Part shown: positions 45,551 through 55,078 of the stretch, piece after piece
Numbering within the stretch: position 1 is the first letter of the stretch
Layout of the letters: each line of letters opens with the position of its first letter
Source of the DNA: Anaerolinea sp.
Lineage (GTDB): Bacteria > Chloroflexota > Anaerolineae > Anaerolineales > Anaerolineaceae
Length of the DNA: 64,000 bases
Direction of reading: 5' to 3'
Assembly (NCBI GenBank): GCA_020725865.1
Contig: DYEC01000007.1
Span: forward strand, 2,346-66,345
Notes under the pieces: model-generated
What the model was told of the DNA's origin: nothing
Databases searched by the model: none
What the model saw: only the letters and a program-made list of their open reading frames with translations
Position numbers and translations under genes: made by a program

Positions 45551-46717
45551 ATGAGAAAAGCTGTCTTGTTCTTGCTCATCTTCGTCATGACCGCCGCGCT
45601 GGTCGGTTGTGGCGGAGGCGGCGGCGCCGCCACGATCAAGGTCGGCGGCATTGGCGAGCTGACCGGAGACATCCCGGCGGTCGGTGCATCGTTCAAGAAT
45701 GCGGCGGAAATGGCTGTCAAGGAAGTCAATGACGCCGGCGGACTGGAAGTGGGCGGCAAAAAGTATCCAATCGAGCTGTTCATCGAAGACAACGCAGGAA
45801 AAGCCGATCAATCTGCCTCGGCGGCGCAGAAGCTGATCACACAGCAGAATGTGGTGGCAATCATCGGTCCAAACGCCAGCCGCTACGCCATCCCGGCTTC
45901 TGAGGTTGCCGAAAGCTCAAAGGTCGTGCTGATCAGCCCGTGGTCCACCAACCCCAAGACCACCATTGACGCCAAGACCAACGCGCCCAAGCGCTACGTC
46001 TTCCGTGCCTGCTTCATTGACCCCTTCCAAGGGCGGGTGGTTGCCAAGTTTGCTCTGGATAACCTGAAAGCTACCAAAGCAGCCGTCCTCTACGATGTGG
46101 CTTCAGAATATAACAAAGGCATCGCCGAGTTCTTCAAGCAAACCTTTGAAGAGAACGGCGGCACGGTGGTGGCATTTGAGACCTATACCACAGGCGATAA
46201 GGACTTCTCTGCCCAGTTGACCAAGATTAAAGAAGCCAACCCGGATGTTGTCTTTCTGCCCAACTACTATTCTGAAGTCCCTCTGCAAATTCAGCAGGGC
46301 AAACGTCTCGGAATCACCGTTCCATTTCTGGGAAGCGACTCTTGGGGCAGTAATGAGCTGATCTCGCTCTGCGGTGCTGATTGCGAAGGCTACTACTTCA
46401 GCACGCACTATGCGCCGGATGCCGCCACTCCGGTGGCGCAGAAATTCATCAAGGATTACACCGATAAGTACGGTAAAGTCCCGGATGATGTAGCTGCGCT
46501 GACTTATGACGCCTTTGGCTTGCTCTGGATGGCACTGAAGAACGCCGGGCAGGTAGATCGCGAGGCGGTACGCAATGCGCTGGCGCAAATCCCCAAGTAT
46601 GAAGGTGTCACCGGCACCATGCAATTCAAAGAGGGCTCTGGTGACCCGATCAAGAGCGCTGTCATCCTGCAAATCAAGGACGGCAAGTTCGTCTGGTTCG
46701 CAAACGCCAACCCATAA
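45551..46717 (+). CDS. ABC transporter substrate-binding lipoprotein, branched-chain amino acid (LivJ/K, type I PBP) family
   Basis: 388 aa. The signal has a lipobox (AALVGCGGGG). IKVGGIGELTGDIPAVGASFKNAAEMAVKEVN is typical of Leu/Ile/Val-binding family proteins. Confidence 0.9.
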   Translation: MRKAVLFLLIFVMTAALVGCGGGGGAATIKVGGIGELTGDIPAVGASFKNAAEMAVKEVNDAGGLEVGGKKYPIELFIEDNAGKADQSASAAQKLITQQNVVAIIGPNASRYAIPASEVAESSKVVLISPWSTNPKTTIDAKTNAPKRYVFRACFIDPFQGRVVAKFALDNLKATKAAVLYDVASEYNKGIAEFFKQTFEENGGTVVAFETYTTGDKDFSAQLTKIKEANPDVVFLPNYYSEVPLQIQQGKRLGITVPFLGSDSWGSNELISLCGADCEGYYFSTHYAPDAATPVAQKFIKDYTDKYGKVPDDVAALTYDAFGLLWMALKNAGQVDREAVRNALAQIPKYEGVTGTMQFKEGSGDPIKSAVILQIKDGKFVWFANANP

Positions 46718-46731
46718 ACCTCACCTCTGGT

Positions 46732-46768
46732 CAGTCCTCCCGCCGCCATTTTTCTGGCGGGAGGACTG
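46732..46768 (+). other. Intercistronic 13-bp perfect stem-loop between the substrate-binding protein gene and livH
   Basis: CAGTCCTCCCGCC (46732-46744) pairs perfectly with GGCGGGAGGACTG (46756-46768). The loop is 11 nt. No U-tract follows. Confidence 0.5.
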
Positions 46769-46789
46769 CTGTATTGCGACAGGAGCACT

Positions 46790-47665
46790 ATGACCTACTT
46801 TTTACAGCAAGTGCTGAATGCGCTTCAACTGGGCAGTATTTACGCGCTGATCGCACTGGGCTATACGATGGTCTACGGCATTCTGACCATGATCAATTTT
46901 GCCCATGGCGACTTATTTATGGTTGGAGCATTTTTCTGCTTTATTGCGGCGACGTTCCTTAAACTGCCTTTTGTGCCGACTCTATTGCTTTCGATGGCGG
47001 GGGTGGCGTTGCTGGGCGTGACGATTGAACGGGTTGCTTATAAACCATTGCGTCAGGCACCGCGCGTTTCTGCCATCATCACTGCACTGGGAGTGGGTTT
47101 GTTTCTGGAAAACTTCACGCTGGTTTTCAGCCCCTATCCTCAACATGTTCCTACACTGATTGAGAACAAGACCTGGATCATCGGCGGGGTTGCCATTTCT
47201 TCCTTGCAGGTCATCATTATTCTGCTGGCGTTGGTTTTGATGATTCTGCTTGATTTGATTGTGAGGCGTACGATGGTTGGGATGGCAATGCGCGCCATCT
47301 CGTGGGATAAAAGCATCGTCCCCCTGATGGGCGTCCCGGTGAACCTGATCATCTCAATCACTTTTGCCATCGGCACCAGTCTGGGCGCAGCGGCAGGAAC
47401 AATGTACAGTCTGGCTTTCCCGGTGATTGATCCTTACATGGGCATTCTGGTAGGCTGGAAAGCGTTTATCTCTGCCGTTGTGGGCGGCATCGGCAACATT
47501 CGCGGGGCAATGATTGGCGGTTTCATTCTCGGCGCGGTGGAGATTCTGGTGGCGGCTTTTCTGCCCTCTACCTACCGGGATTTCGTCGCCTTTGCTTTGC
47601 TGTTGGTACTGCTGATCTTCCGCCCGTATGGCATCCTGGGCAAACCAAGACCGCAGAAGGTGTGA
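46790..47665 (+). CDS. livH: Branched-chain amino acid ABC transporter permease (LivH-type)
   Basis: 291 aa. The family N-terminus is QQVLNALQLGSIYALIALGYTMVYGILTMINFAHGD. Confidence 0.9.
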   Translation: MTYFLQQVLNALQLGSIYALIALGYTMVYGILTMINFAHGDLFMVGAFFCFIAATFLKLPFVPTLLLSMAGVALLGVTIERVAYKPLRQAPRVSAIITALGVGLFLENFTLVFSPYPQHVPTLIENKTWIIGGVAISSLQVIIILLALVLMILLDLIVRRTMVGMAMRAISWDKSIVPLMGVPVNLIISITFAIGTSLGAAAGTMYSLAFPVIDPYMGILVGWKAFISAVVGGIGNIRGAMIGGFILGAVEILVAAFLPSTYRDFVAFALLLVLLIFRPYGILGKPRPQKV

Positions 47666-47666
47666 C

Positions 47667-48731
47667 ATGGCAGACAAACCGCTGACTTCTCAACCCGAAA
47701 AACCCCCAACCCTCGAGCGTCTGCGCGCCGGCTGGGAGAAGATTGCTTCCAACCGCAAGGCACTGCCAATTGCGCTGGTGGTGGGTTTTCTGCTCTCGTT
47801 TGCTATTCCACAGTTTGAACTGGTCAATCCATACGTCCAGTTGATTCTGATGTACATCGGCATTAACATCATTCTGACCATCAGCCTGAATCTGGTCAAC
47901 GGTTACATGGGGGAGTTCTCGGTCGGTCATGCCGGCTTCATGGCAGTGGGCGCATACATCTCAGCACTGCTGACCACGCGGGTCTTTCCGCTGGGGTCAG
48001 GAGCCTGGCTGTTCCCGCTGGCGGTGATTGCCGGCGGAGTTGGCGCCGGGCTGGTCGGACTGGTGGTGGCAGTGCCGTCGTTTAAGACACGCGGTGACTA
48101 TCTGGCAATCGTCACGCTGGCACTCAACATGATTGTCAAATCGGTCATCGAGAACATCGAAGCCATCGGCGGACCGCGCGGCATCCCCGGCATTGATAAG
48201 CTCACCACCCTGCCTTGGACGTTTTTCTGGACGGTGCTGGCGGTCTGGGTGATTCGCAATTTCGTGTATTCCAATTTTGGACGGGGTGTACTTTCGATCC
48301 GAGAAGATGAAATCGCCAGCGACCTGATGAGCGTCAATACCCGTCAGGTTAAGCTACTGGCATTTACCATTTCTTCGTTTTTTGCCGGCATCGCCGGGGC
48401 GCTGTTTGCGCATGTACTGCAATTCATCAGCCCGCGCGTTTTTGATATCATCAAATCTACGGATGTGCTGATCATGGTCTATCTGGGCGGGATTGGTTCG
48501 ATTGCCGGTTCAATCTTGGGTGCAACCATTTACACGGTACTGCTCGAGGTACTGCGTCCACTGGGGATGTGGCGCATGGTATTCATGCCGCTGGTGCTGG
48601 TCTTACTGATGATCTTCCGTCCGCGCGGCATCATGGGATTGCGCGAGTTCCGCTGGTTCATCCCCTACCGCGACCTGTTCGCCAGTCGTCTGTGGCGTCA
48701 GAAGAAGGAGGTGCCCGATGCCTCTGCTTGA
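47667..48731 (+). CDS. livM: Branched-chain amino acid ABC transporter permease (LivM-type)
   Basis: Polytopic, with ISLNLVNGYMGEFSVGHAGFMAVGAY typical of LivM. ATG 47667 lies 1 nt after the livH stop. The ORF track begins at 47628. Confidence 0.9.
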   Translation: MADKPLTSQPEKPPTLERLRAGWEKIASNRKALPIALVVGFLLSFAIPQFELVNPYVQLILMYIGINIILTISLNLVNGYMGEFSVGHAGFMAVGAYISALLTTRVFPLGSGAWLFPLAVIAGGVGAGLVGLVVAVPSFKTRGDYLAIVTLALNMIVKSVIENIEAIGGPRGIPGIDKLTTLPWTFFWTVLAVWVIRNFVYSNFGRGVLSIREDEIASDLMSVNTRQVKLLAFTISSFFAGIAGALFAHVLQFISPRVFDIIKSTDVLIMVYLGGIGSIAGSILGATIYTVLLEVLRPLGMWRMVFMPLVLVLLMIFRPRGIMGLREFRWFIPYRDLFASRLWRQKKEVPDASA

Positions 48732-49491
48732 AGCCAGCCACGTCACCCATTTCTTCGGCGGTCTTTGCGCCGTCTCGGATTTCAATCTGGAGCTCCAGCC
48801 GGGTGAACTGATCGGCATCATCGGACCGAACGGCGCCGGCAAGACCACCGTTTTCAACCTGATCACCGGCGTTTACCGCGCCTCGCGCGGCAGTATTAAG
48901 ATGGGCGGGATTGAACTGGTGGGCAAGACCCCTAACCAAATCACCGCGCTGGGCATTGCCCGCACCTTCCAGAACATCCGATTATTCAAAGACCTCTCGG
49001 TGCTGGATAACGTCCGCATCGCCCACTACTCACAAATGGGTTATTCGCCATTGGAAGCCCTGCTGCATATCGGACGTTACCAGGCGGAAGAACAGCGTAT
49101 CATTGAGGAAGCCATGCAGTTGCTCTCGGTGTTCAAGCTGGATCACTATGCCGAGGAACGCTCTGCAAACCTGCCCTATGGTTTGCAGCGCCGGCTGGAG
49201 ATTGCCCGTGCACTGGCAACCCATCCCAGCCTGCTCCTGCTGGATGAGCCGGCGGCAGGGATGAATCCCAACGAGATCGGTCAGTTGATGGAATTGATCC
49301 ACTGGATTCGGGACGAATTCAAACTAACGATCATCCTGATTGAACATCAGATGCGGCTGGTGATGGGCATCTGCGAGCGTATCAAAGTACTGGATTTTGG
49401 CGCTACGATTGCCGAAGGTTTGCCGGCAGAGATTCAAAATAACCCCAAAGTGCTGGAGGCATACCTGGGCGAGGGAGGAGGCGTAGCATGA
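48718..49491 (+). CDS. livG: Branched-chain amino acid ABC transporter ATP-binding protein (LivG-type)
   Basis: Contains GPNGAGKTTVFN, LPYGLQRRLEIARAL and LLLDEPAAGMNP. Confidence 0.9.
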   Translation: MPLLEASHVTHFFGGLCAVSDFNLELQPGELIGIIGPNGAGKTTVFNLITGVYRASRGSIKMGGIELVGKTPNQITALGIARTFQNIRLFKDLSVLDNVRIAHYSQMGYSPLEALLHIGRYQAEEQRIIEEAMQLLSVFKLDHYAEERSANLPYGLQRRLEIARALATHPSLLLLDEPAAGMNPNEIGQLMELIHWIRDEFKLTIILIEHQMRLVMGICERIKVLDFGATIAEGLPAEIQNNPKVLEAYLGEGGGVA

Positions 49492-50204
49492 ACAACCATG
49501 CCCTGCTTTCCATCAAAGACTTGTTCGTCTCCTATGGCAATATCAAGGCAGTCAAGGGCATCTCCTTTGATGTCCATGAAGGCGAGATTGTCACGCTGAT
49601 CGGCGCCAACGGTGCCGGTAAATCCTCGACCCTGCGGGCTATCTCCGGCATGGTGCCGTATACAGGTCAAATTGCCTATAAAGGCACCGATTTACGTAAA
49701 ATGGAAGCTGATAAAATCGTGGCGCTGGGCATCGCACAGGTGCCGGAAGGGCGCGGCATTTTCGGCAATCTGACGGTGATGGAAAACCTGAAGCTGGCAA
49801 CCTGGCAACGCAAAGACAAACCGGAAATCGAGCGCGATTTCGAGCGGGTTTTTTCGATTTTTCCGCGCCTGAAAGAACGCTCCAATCAATTGGGCGGCAC
49901 GCTCTCCGGCGGCGAACAGCAAATGCTGGCGGTGGCGCGTGCCCTGATGAGCCGCGGCAAGTTGATGCTTCTGGATGAGCCTTCGATGGGATTAGCACCG
50001 GTGTTGGTGCGGGAAATCTTCCGGGTGCTGAAAGAAATCAACCAGAGCGGAACAACCATCCTGCTGGTGGAACAGAATGCCAATATGGCACTGCGCCTGG
50101 CGCACCGCGGTTATGTGCTGGAAACCGGGACAATCGCCCTATCCGGAACAACCGCCGAACTGCTGGGTAACCCGCGTGTGAAAGAAGCTTATCTGGGCGG
50201 GTGA
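49488..50204 (+). CDS. livF: Branched-chain amino acid ABC transporter ATP-binding protein (LivF-type)
   Basis: Contains GANGAGKSSTLR, LSGGEQQMLAVARAL and LMLLDEPSMGLAP. The start overlaps the livG stop as ATGA. Confidence 0.9.
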   Translation: MNNHALLSIKDLFVSYGNIKAVKGISFDVHEGEIVTLIGANGAGKSSTLRAISGMVPYTGQIAYKGTDLRKMEADKIVALGIAQVPEGRGIFGNLTVMENLKLATWQRKDKPEIERDFERVFSIFPRLKERSNQLGGTLSGGEQQMLAVARALMSRGKLMLLDEPSMGLAPVLVREIFRVLKEINQSGTTILLVEQNANMALRLAHRGYVLETGTIALSGTTAELLGNPRVKEAYLGG

Positions 50205-50265
50205 GCAGTCCATCCGATCAACCACACTTCACCGGTTTGCAGAACCTGTGAGATACTATATCAGG

Positions 50266-50298
50266 ATGAAAATTCGGAATTAATCTCCGAATTTTCAT
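50266..50298. other. 13-bp perfect inverted repeat between livF and alr
   Basis: ATGAAAATTCGGA (50266-50278) is followed by a 7-nt spacer and TCCGAATTTTCAT (50286-50298). CAGGATG copies flank it at 50262-50268 and 50300-50306. Confidence 0.4.
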
Positions 50299-50388
50299 GT
50301 CAGGATGTGGTTACCGGAATACGACTTTGTTGATTATCGGTGTACAAGAATCGCAACAATTTTTACAACCGCATTGGAGAGCCAAATC

Positions 50389-51558
50389 ATGCTGGAAGGA
50401 ATTGTTACCTGGGCGGAGATTGATCTGGATGCCATCCAATTCAATGTGCGTGCGTTTCAAAAACACGTCGGCGCAAAGGTCGAAGTCATTGCGGTCGTTA
50501 AAGCCAATGCTTACGGGCATGGGGCTGTGCCGGTGGCACGCGCCGCACTGGAAGCCGGGGCGGCACGTCTGGCAGTACACCGGGCCATCGAGGGCGTCGA
50601 ACTGCGCAAAGCCGGCATCACCGCGCCGGTAATTGTCATGGGCTATACGCCGCCTTCAGGCGCAGAGCTGACCGTCCGCTGGGGGCTGACGCCCAGCCTG
50701 ATGACGATGGAATTTGCTCAGGCGCTCTCGGCAAAAGCCACTGCGCTGGGGGTGCGCGTGCCGGTGCATGTCAAAGTGGATACCGGGATGAGCCGTTACG
50801 GTCTCCAGCCCGAAGAGGTGACCGATTTTCTGCTGGCATTGCGCCGTCTGCCGGGCATTTCGCTGGAAGGGATGTTCACCCATTTCGCTACCGCCGACAG
50901 CGCCGACCAGACCCATCTGCGCCACCAACTGGCGGTTTTCAACGACGTGCGCGCTGCCGCCAGCGAGGCAGGTATCTACATCCCGTATCTGCATGCCTGT
51001 AACTCTGCCGCGGCGATGCGCCTGCCGGAGGCGCACTTTCACGCCGTCCGCCCGGGGATTTCCATGTACGGCTTAAGACCTTCCGATGAATGGGAGCCGG
51101 TATTTGAAATTCGTCCGGCGCTGACGCTGAAGAGTCTGGTCAGCCGCGTGCGCACCCTGCCGGCAGGGGCGGGCGTCAGCTATGGGCGCACTTACATCAC
51201 TGAACGACCCACACCGGCGGCACTGGTGCCGGTCGGCTATGGCGACGGTTATCACCGCATCCTTTCTAACAAAGGCAGTGTACTGATTCGCGGGCGGCGG
51301 GCGCGTATTCTGGGACGGGTGTGCATGGATCAGTTTGTGGTGGATGTCTCAGACGTTCCAGATGTCCGGCAGGATGACGAGGTGGTGCTGATCGGTGCAC
51401 AAGGCGAGGAACGCATTACTGCCGAAGAAGTTGCCCGGCTGGCAGGGACAATCAACTATGAGGTGACCACCTCGCTTCTGCCGCGCGTGACGCGCCTGTA
51501 TTTCAAGGGCGGGAAAATGGTGGCGGCGAACATTCTGGGCTTTGAAAGTTACAAGTGA
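50389..51558 (+). CDS. alr: Alanine racemase
   Basis: The PLP-lysine motif AVVKANAYGHG is present. PVGYGDGY and GRVCMDQ follow. I place the start at ATG 50389 (MLEGIVTWAEIDL). The ORF track begins at 50305. Confidence 0.9.
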   Translation: MLEGIVTWAEIDLDAIQFNVRAFQKHVGAKVEVIAVVKANAYGHGAVPVARAALEAGAARLAVHRAIEGVELRKAGITAPVIVMGYTPPSGAELTVRWGLTPSLMTMEFAQALSAKATALGVRVPVHVKVDTGMSRYGLQPEEVTDFLLALRRLPGISLEGMFTHFATADSADQTHLRHQLAVFNDVRAAASEAGIYIPYLHACNSAAAMRLPEAHFHAVRPGISMYGLRPSDEWEPVFEIRPALTLKSLVSRVRTLPAGAGVSYGRTYITERPTPAALVPVGYGDGYHRILSNKGSVLIRGRRARILGRVCMDQFVVDVSDVPDVRQDDEVVLIGAQGEERITAEEVARLAGTINYEVTTSLLPRVTRLYFKGGKMVAANILGFESYK

Positions 51559-51561
51559 GTT

Positions 51562-51894
51562 GTGCCTATGGAGAACGCATATCGTATTGTCTTGATTACA
51601 GCCCCCAACCGCGAAAGCGGTCGGCAGATTGCCCTGCGGCTGGTGGAGGAACATCTGGCAGCCTGTGTGAACCTGCTCCCGGGAGTGACCTCGTTTTACC
51701 GCTGGGAGGGAAAACTCAACGAAGATGAAGAGGTCCTGCTGATTTGCAAGACCCGCCGCGAGTGTTTTGAGCGGCTTCAGGCGGCGGTCAGAGCCGTTCA
51801 CCCGTATCAGGTGCCGGAGATCATCGCCCTGCCGCTTACGGACGGGCTGGAGGCGTATCTGCGCTGGATAGATGAAAGTGTACAAGGCGAATAA
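51562..51894 (+). CDS. cutA: Divalent-cation tolerance protein CutA
   Basis: About 110 aa. LAACVNLLPGVTSFYRWEGKL...HPYQVPEIIALP is the CutA1 pattern. The start is GTG 51562 or ATG 51568. Confidence 0.85.
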   Translation: MPMENAYRIVLITAPNRESGRQIALRLVEEHLAACVNLLPGVTSFYRWEGKLNEDEEVLLICKTRRECFERLQAAVRAVHPYQVPEIIALPLTDGLEAYLRWIDESVQGE

Positions 51895-51897
51895 ACC

Positions 51898-52473
51898 ATG
51901 TCAACGCCTGAAAGCAAATCGCCGCCCGAGCCACTTAAAGTTCCCTTCCCCAACCACTCCTACTGGGTGGTGCCGGGCAAACTGCTGGCAGGCTACTACC
52001 CGGGCGATGCCGACCCGCAGGTGATGGATGCCAAGCTGAATGCCCTGCTGGATTGCGGCGTGACGATGGTCATCAGCCTGATGGAAGCGGATGAGACCGA
52101 CCTCTTTGGGCGGTTTTCCATTCCCTACCAAGACCGTCTGCGCGAACTGGCGTGGCAGCGCGGCAAACGTATTCACTGGCGGCAAATGCCGATCCGCGAT
52201 TTCGACATCCCCTCGGACGAGGAAATGCGCCGCATTCTGGATGCAATTGACCGCGCCATCGAACAGGGTGAAACGGTCTATGTGCACTGCTTGGGCGGCA
52301 TCGGGCGCACCGGCACGGTGGTGGGCTGTTATCTGGCGCGGCACGGCATCGCCCGCGGCGAAGCCGTACTGAAAAAGATTCAAGAATTACGGCGCGGGCT
52401 GAACGATTACCGCACCTCACCCGAAACCGCCGCCCAGCGGCAAATGGTCAAGCGCTGGGGGGAAGGTATCTGA
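51898..52473 (+). CDS. Dual-specificity / protein-tyrosine phosphatase (HCX5R)
   Basis: 191 aa. The active-site loop is VHCLGGIGRTGTVVGCYL. Confidence 0.8.
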   Translation: MSTPESKSPPEPLKVPFPNHSYWVVPGKLLAGYYPGDADPQVMDAKLNALLDCGVTMVISLMEADETDLFGRFSIPYQDRLRELAWQRGKRIHWRQMPIRDFDIPSDEEMRRILDAIDRAIEQGETVYVHCLGGIGRTGTVVGCYLARHGIARGEAVLKKIQELRRGLNDYRTSPETAAQRQMVKRWGEGI

Positions 52474-52483
52474 AGGCTGTTGA

Positions 52484-52825
52484 TTATTTTTCTGCAGGAA
52501 ACGCAAAACTGCCATCCGGTCTTGCAGAGAAATCCATCGCCCGCCGCACCGCTTCCAGATTCAAAGCGCCGTAAATATGCGGGAAGAGTTCCGCGCCGCC
52601 TTCCAGATTTTCCAGCCGCACTTCAGCCTTGAGCATTGACGGATCAATTTCCAGCAAGACCAGCCCCGCGCGGCCGTAATAAAAACGATCGGCGACGGGG
52701 ATAATCTGCTCCCGAAAAGAACAATGAATAAAACCTTCGGCCGAAAAACCCGCCGGAAGGTATTCTCCCTTTTGCTGTGCCTCCTGCCAGGCATCCGATT
52801 CGGCAATGTGATATAAAAGCTCCAT
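52484..52825 (-). CDS. DUF952 domain-containing protein
   Basis: MELLYHIAESDAWQEAQQKGEYLPAGFSAEGFIHCS...LFPHIYGALN is the DUF952 pattern. I place the start at ATG 52825. The ORF track extends to 52936. Confidence 0.8.
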   Translation of the reverse strand: MELLYHIAESDAWQEAQQKGEYLPAGFSAEGFIHCSFREQIIPVADRFYYGRAGLVLLEIDPSMLKAEVRLENLEGGAELFPHIYGALNLEAVRRAMDFSARPDGSFAFPAEK

Positions 52826-52847
52826 CCGCGCACCTCCCGGTTTATGG

Positions 52848-54359
52848 CTATGGCTCGCTGACAACAAATTGCTTTTTGTCTGCGGCGCAAATGAGTTGAA
52901 TAACGTTCCTGCCCGAAGCCGCCGCCAGCGGCACACTGCCGCCCGGTTCCACCCATTGCCCCGCCATGTAGAAGCTACCCAGACCCGGCAGAGTCTTGGG
53001 CAGGCTCCGGATTAACATTGGCATGGTCTCTTTGGTCAACAGCCAGCCGCAGGTTGACCCCATCCAGTTGCCGGTATAGCGCTCATAGCTCAACGGTGTG
53101 GCTTCGTCCACCACTTCCACATCGGCATGGATACCGGGATGCCAGCTTTCAAGAAACCCGCACAAAATGTCTGAAACCTGACGCTGTTCTTCATCATAGG
53201 GACGCCGTCCGTAGATTCTCTGCCAGTAGGCGTAATGGGTGCGGATAATGACCTCAACCACCGATCTGCCCGCCGGCGCCAGCGACGGGTCGAAGCAATA
53301 GTGCTTAATGCCGATCTCACCACGCGGCTCGCCGGCAACCAGCACCGGCTCATCCAGCAGATAGGTCACCCAATGCGGATATGCCGATAAATCCCGCCGA
53401 ACACCCAGAGAAACCTGCATCATGCTGTGCATGGGCAGATGCCCATCGTACATGCGGCGGATGCGCCGGTCGGTAAACGCCCCGCCGAGCATGTCGAAAA
53501 TTGTGCCGCGCCCGTCGCAGGCGGAAATGACCACATCCCCGCGGTGAACCTCATCGTTGTACAGGCGCACCCCCACCGCGCGGCGGTTTTCCACCAGAAT
53601 TTTCTCCACCTGCGCCTTGTAGCGTATCTCGCCGCCCAGTTCCAGAAAACGCCTCTCGATGGCGCGCGCAAACGCCAGCGACCCGCCCGCCGGGAAACCG
53701 GCATTGCCGGTGTGCATATACGCCAGCAGTGACATCCCCATCATCACCGGCGCCTCATCCCATGAAAACATCTGTGCCACTGCGCGTCTTAAGAATGGGT
53801 GCTTGAAACGCGCCGCAAACTCGCCTGCCGAAACCGTCGCCCAGCGCAGCATCGGCAGTAGATAGGGGAGCATTGCCATTCCAAAAGCGCGCCAGTCCTG
53901 CGCATTCATCAGCCCGCGGGGTTTATGATACATGGCAGACATGTCAAAGCGGGTGAACTGCCGCACGCCGTCACAGAACCGGCGGATCAGCGGCGCGTCG
54001 GCGGGGGAAAGCTCGCACATGTGCGCTTCGAGCTTGTCCGGGTCGGCATAGACAATCAATGTATGATTGCCATCGGTGATGCGCTGATACTCGTCGTGGT
54101 TGAGCATCGGACGGTCTTGCACAGCGCCCAGTTCGCGCCACATCTGGTGAAACGGTTGTCCCTCACCGGAGCCGAAAAGGTAATGGATACAGCCATCAAA
54201 CACGTACCCTTTGCGCTCCCAGGCAGTGCAAAGCCCGCCGGGTAAATCGTGCATTTCAAAAATTGTGGCGCGGTAACCGTTCATGCGGGCGTAACAGCCT
54301 GCCGCCAGCCCGGCAATCCCCGCGCCGATAATAAGGATATGCTTTTCCATAGCAGGCAT
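52848..54359 (-). CDS. NAD(P)/FAD-dependent oxidoreductase, phytoene desaturase (CrtI)-like family
   Basis: The dinucleotide-binding motif KHILIIGAGIAGLAAGCYA is present, and the length and C-terminal pattern are typical of CrtI-like amine oxidase-fold enzymes. The start is ATG 54359 or 54350. The ORF track extends to 54497. Confidence 0.8.
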   Translation of the reverse strand: MPAMEKHILIIGAGIAGLAAGCYARMNGYRATIFEMHDLPGGLCTAWERKGYVFDGCIHYLFGSGEGQPFHQMWRELGAVQDRPMLNHDEYQRITDGNHTLIVYADPDKLEAHMCELSPADAPLIRRFCDGVRQFTRFDMSAMYHKPRGLMNAQDWRAFGMAMLPYLLPMLRWATVSAGEFAARFKHPFLRRAVAQMFSWDEAPVMMGMSLLAYMHTGNAGFPAGGSLAFARAIERRFLELGGEIRYKAQVEKILVENRRAVGVRLYNDEVHRGDVVISACDGRGTIFDMLGGAFTDRRIRRMYDGHLPMHSMMQVSLGVRRDLSAYPHWVTYLLDEPVLVAGEPRGEIGIKHYCFDPSLAPAGRSVVEVIIRTHYAYWQRIYGRRPYDEEQRQVSDILCGFLESWHPGIHADVEVVDEATPLSYERYTGNWMGSTCGWLLTKETMPMLIRSLPKTLPGLGSFYMAGQWVEPGGSVPLAAASGRNVIQLICAADKKQFVVSEP

Positions 54360-54363
54360 TGTA

Positions 54364-54981
54364 TCAGCCTTGTGCGGTTTTGGAAACCTCACGGGGCTTA
54401 AAATACACCGCAACCAGCGGCAGGATTTGCTCGGCAAATTGTTCAGCTTTAGGGCGGGGCTTGCCTTTTTCCCGGCTCCATTGCAGTGCCAAGCCATAAA
54501 TTGTCCAGCTTGCGGCTGTGGCGGCTGTTTTCAAGTCAATTTCCGAGCCTATCTGTTCCAGCCACAGCTCCACCAATTCTTGAATTTGCCTTCTGACTTC
54601 CTTTTCGACCAGCGTCTCAAACTGGCTGTCGCAAGTCTTGCAGTGGGCATCTGACTGCGAAATAAATTCACAGACGGTGACCACCAGCGCGCGCAGATTT
54701 GCCTCGCTAAAATGACAGGCATTGAGCGTGCGCTTTTCCAACGCAAGCCGAAAAGCATGCTGGATGGCGGCTTCCAGCAGGGCGTATTTATCGGCGAAAT
54801 GGGCGTAAAACGTAGCGCGGTTGACCTCTGCCCTTTGCGTGATGTCCTGCACCGTAATCGAGGAAAAACCCTTTTCCGCAAGCAGTGCCATGAACGCCTG
54901 CTCAATCAGGGCGCGGGTTCGTTTGACGCGCGGGTCAAGCTTTTCTTCGGAAGCGGTTTTCTTCGACATTTTCGTTCCCAT
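54364..54981 (-). CDS. TetR/AcrR family transcriptional regulator
   Basis: 205 aa. The TetR HTH is RTRALIEQAFMALLAEKGFSSITVQDITQRAEVNRATFYAHF. Confidence 0.9.
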   Translation of the reverse strand: MGTKMSKKTASEEKLDPRVKRTRALIEQAFMALLAEKGFSSITVQDITQRAEVNRATFYAHFADKYALLEAAIQHAFRLALEKRTLNACHFSEANLRALVVTVCEFISQSDAHCKTCDSQFETLVEKEVRRQIQELVELWLEQIGSEIDLKTAATAASWTIYGLALQWSREKGKPRPKAEQFAEQILPLVAVYFKPREVSKTAQG

Positions 54982-55030
54982 GTTGTTTTTTCAACAAAGC
55001 AGACACTTTGACGGTTGACACCTGCAAACC

Positions 55031-55078
55031 TTATACAGTATAAATCTCAACACTTGTTGCTTATACAACAGTTGTAGA
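55031..55078. promoter_or_regulatory. Candidate TetR operator palindromes in the divergent TetR / LUD intergenic region
   Basis: Three inverted repeats are present. TTATACAGTATAA at 55031-55043 has perfect 6-bp arms. CAACacttGTTG lies at 55048-55059. TATACAACAGTTGTAGA at 55062-55078 is a 17-bp palindrome with one mismatched pair. Two of them share the TTATAC half-site. Confidence 0.4.
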
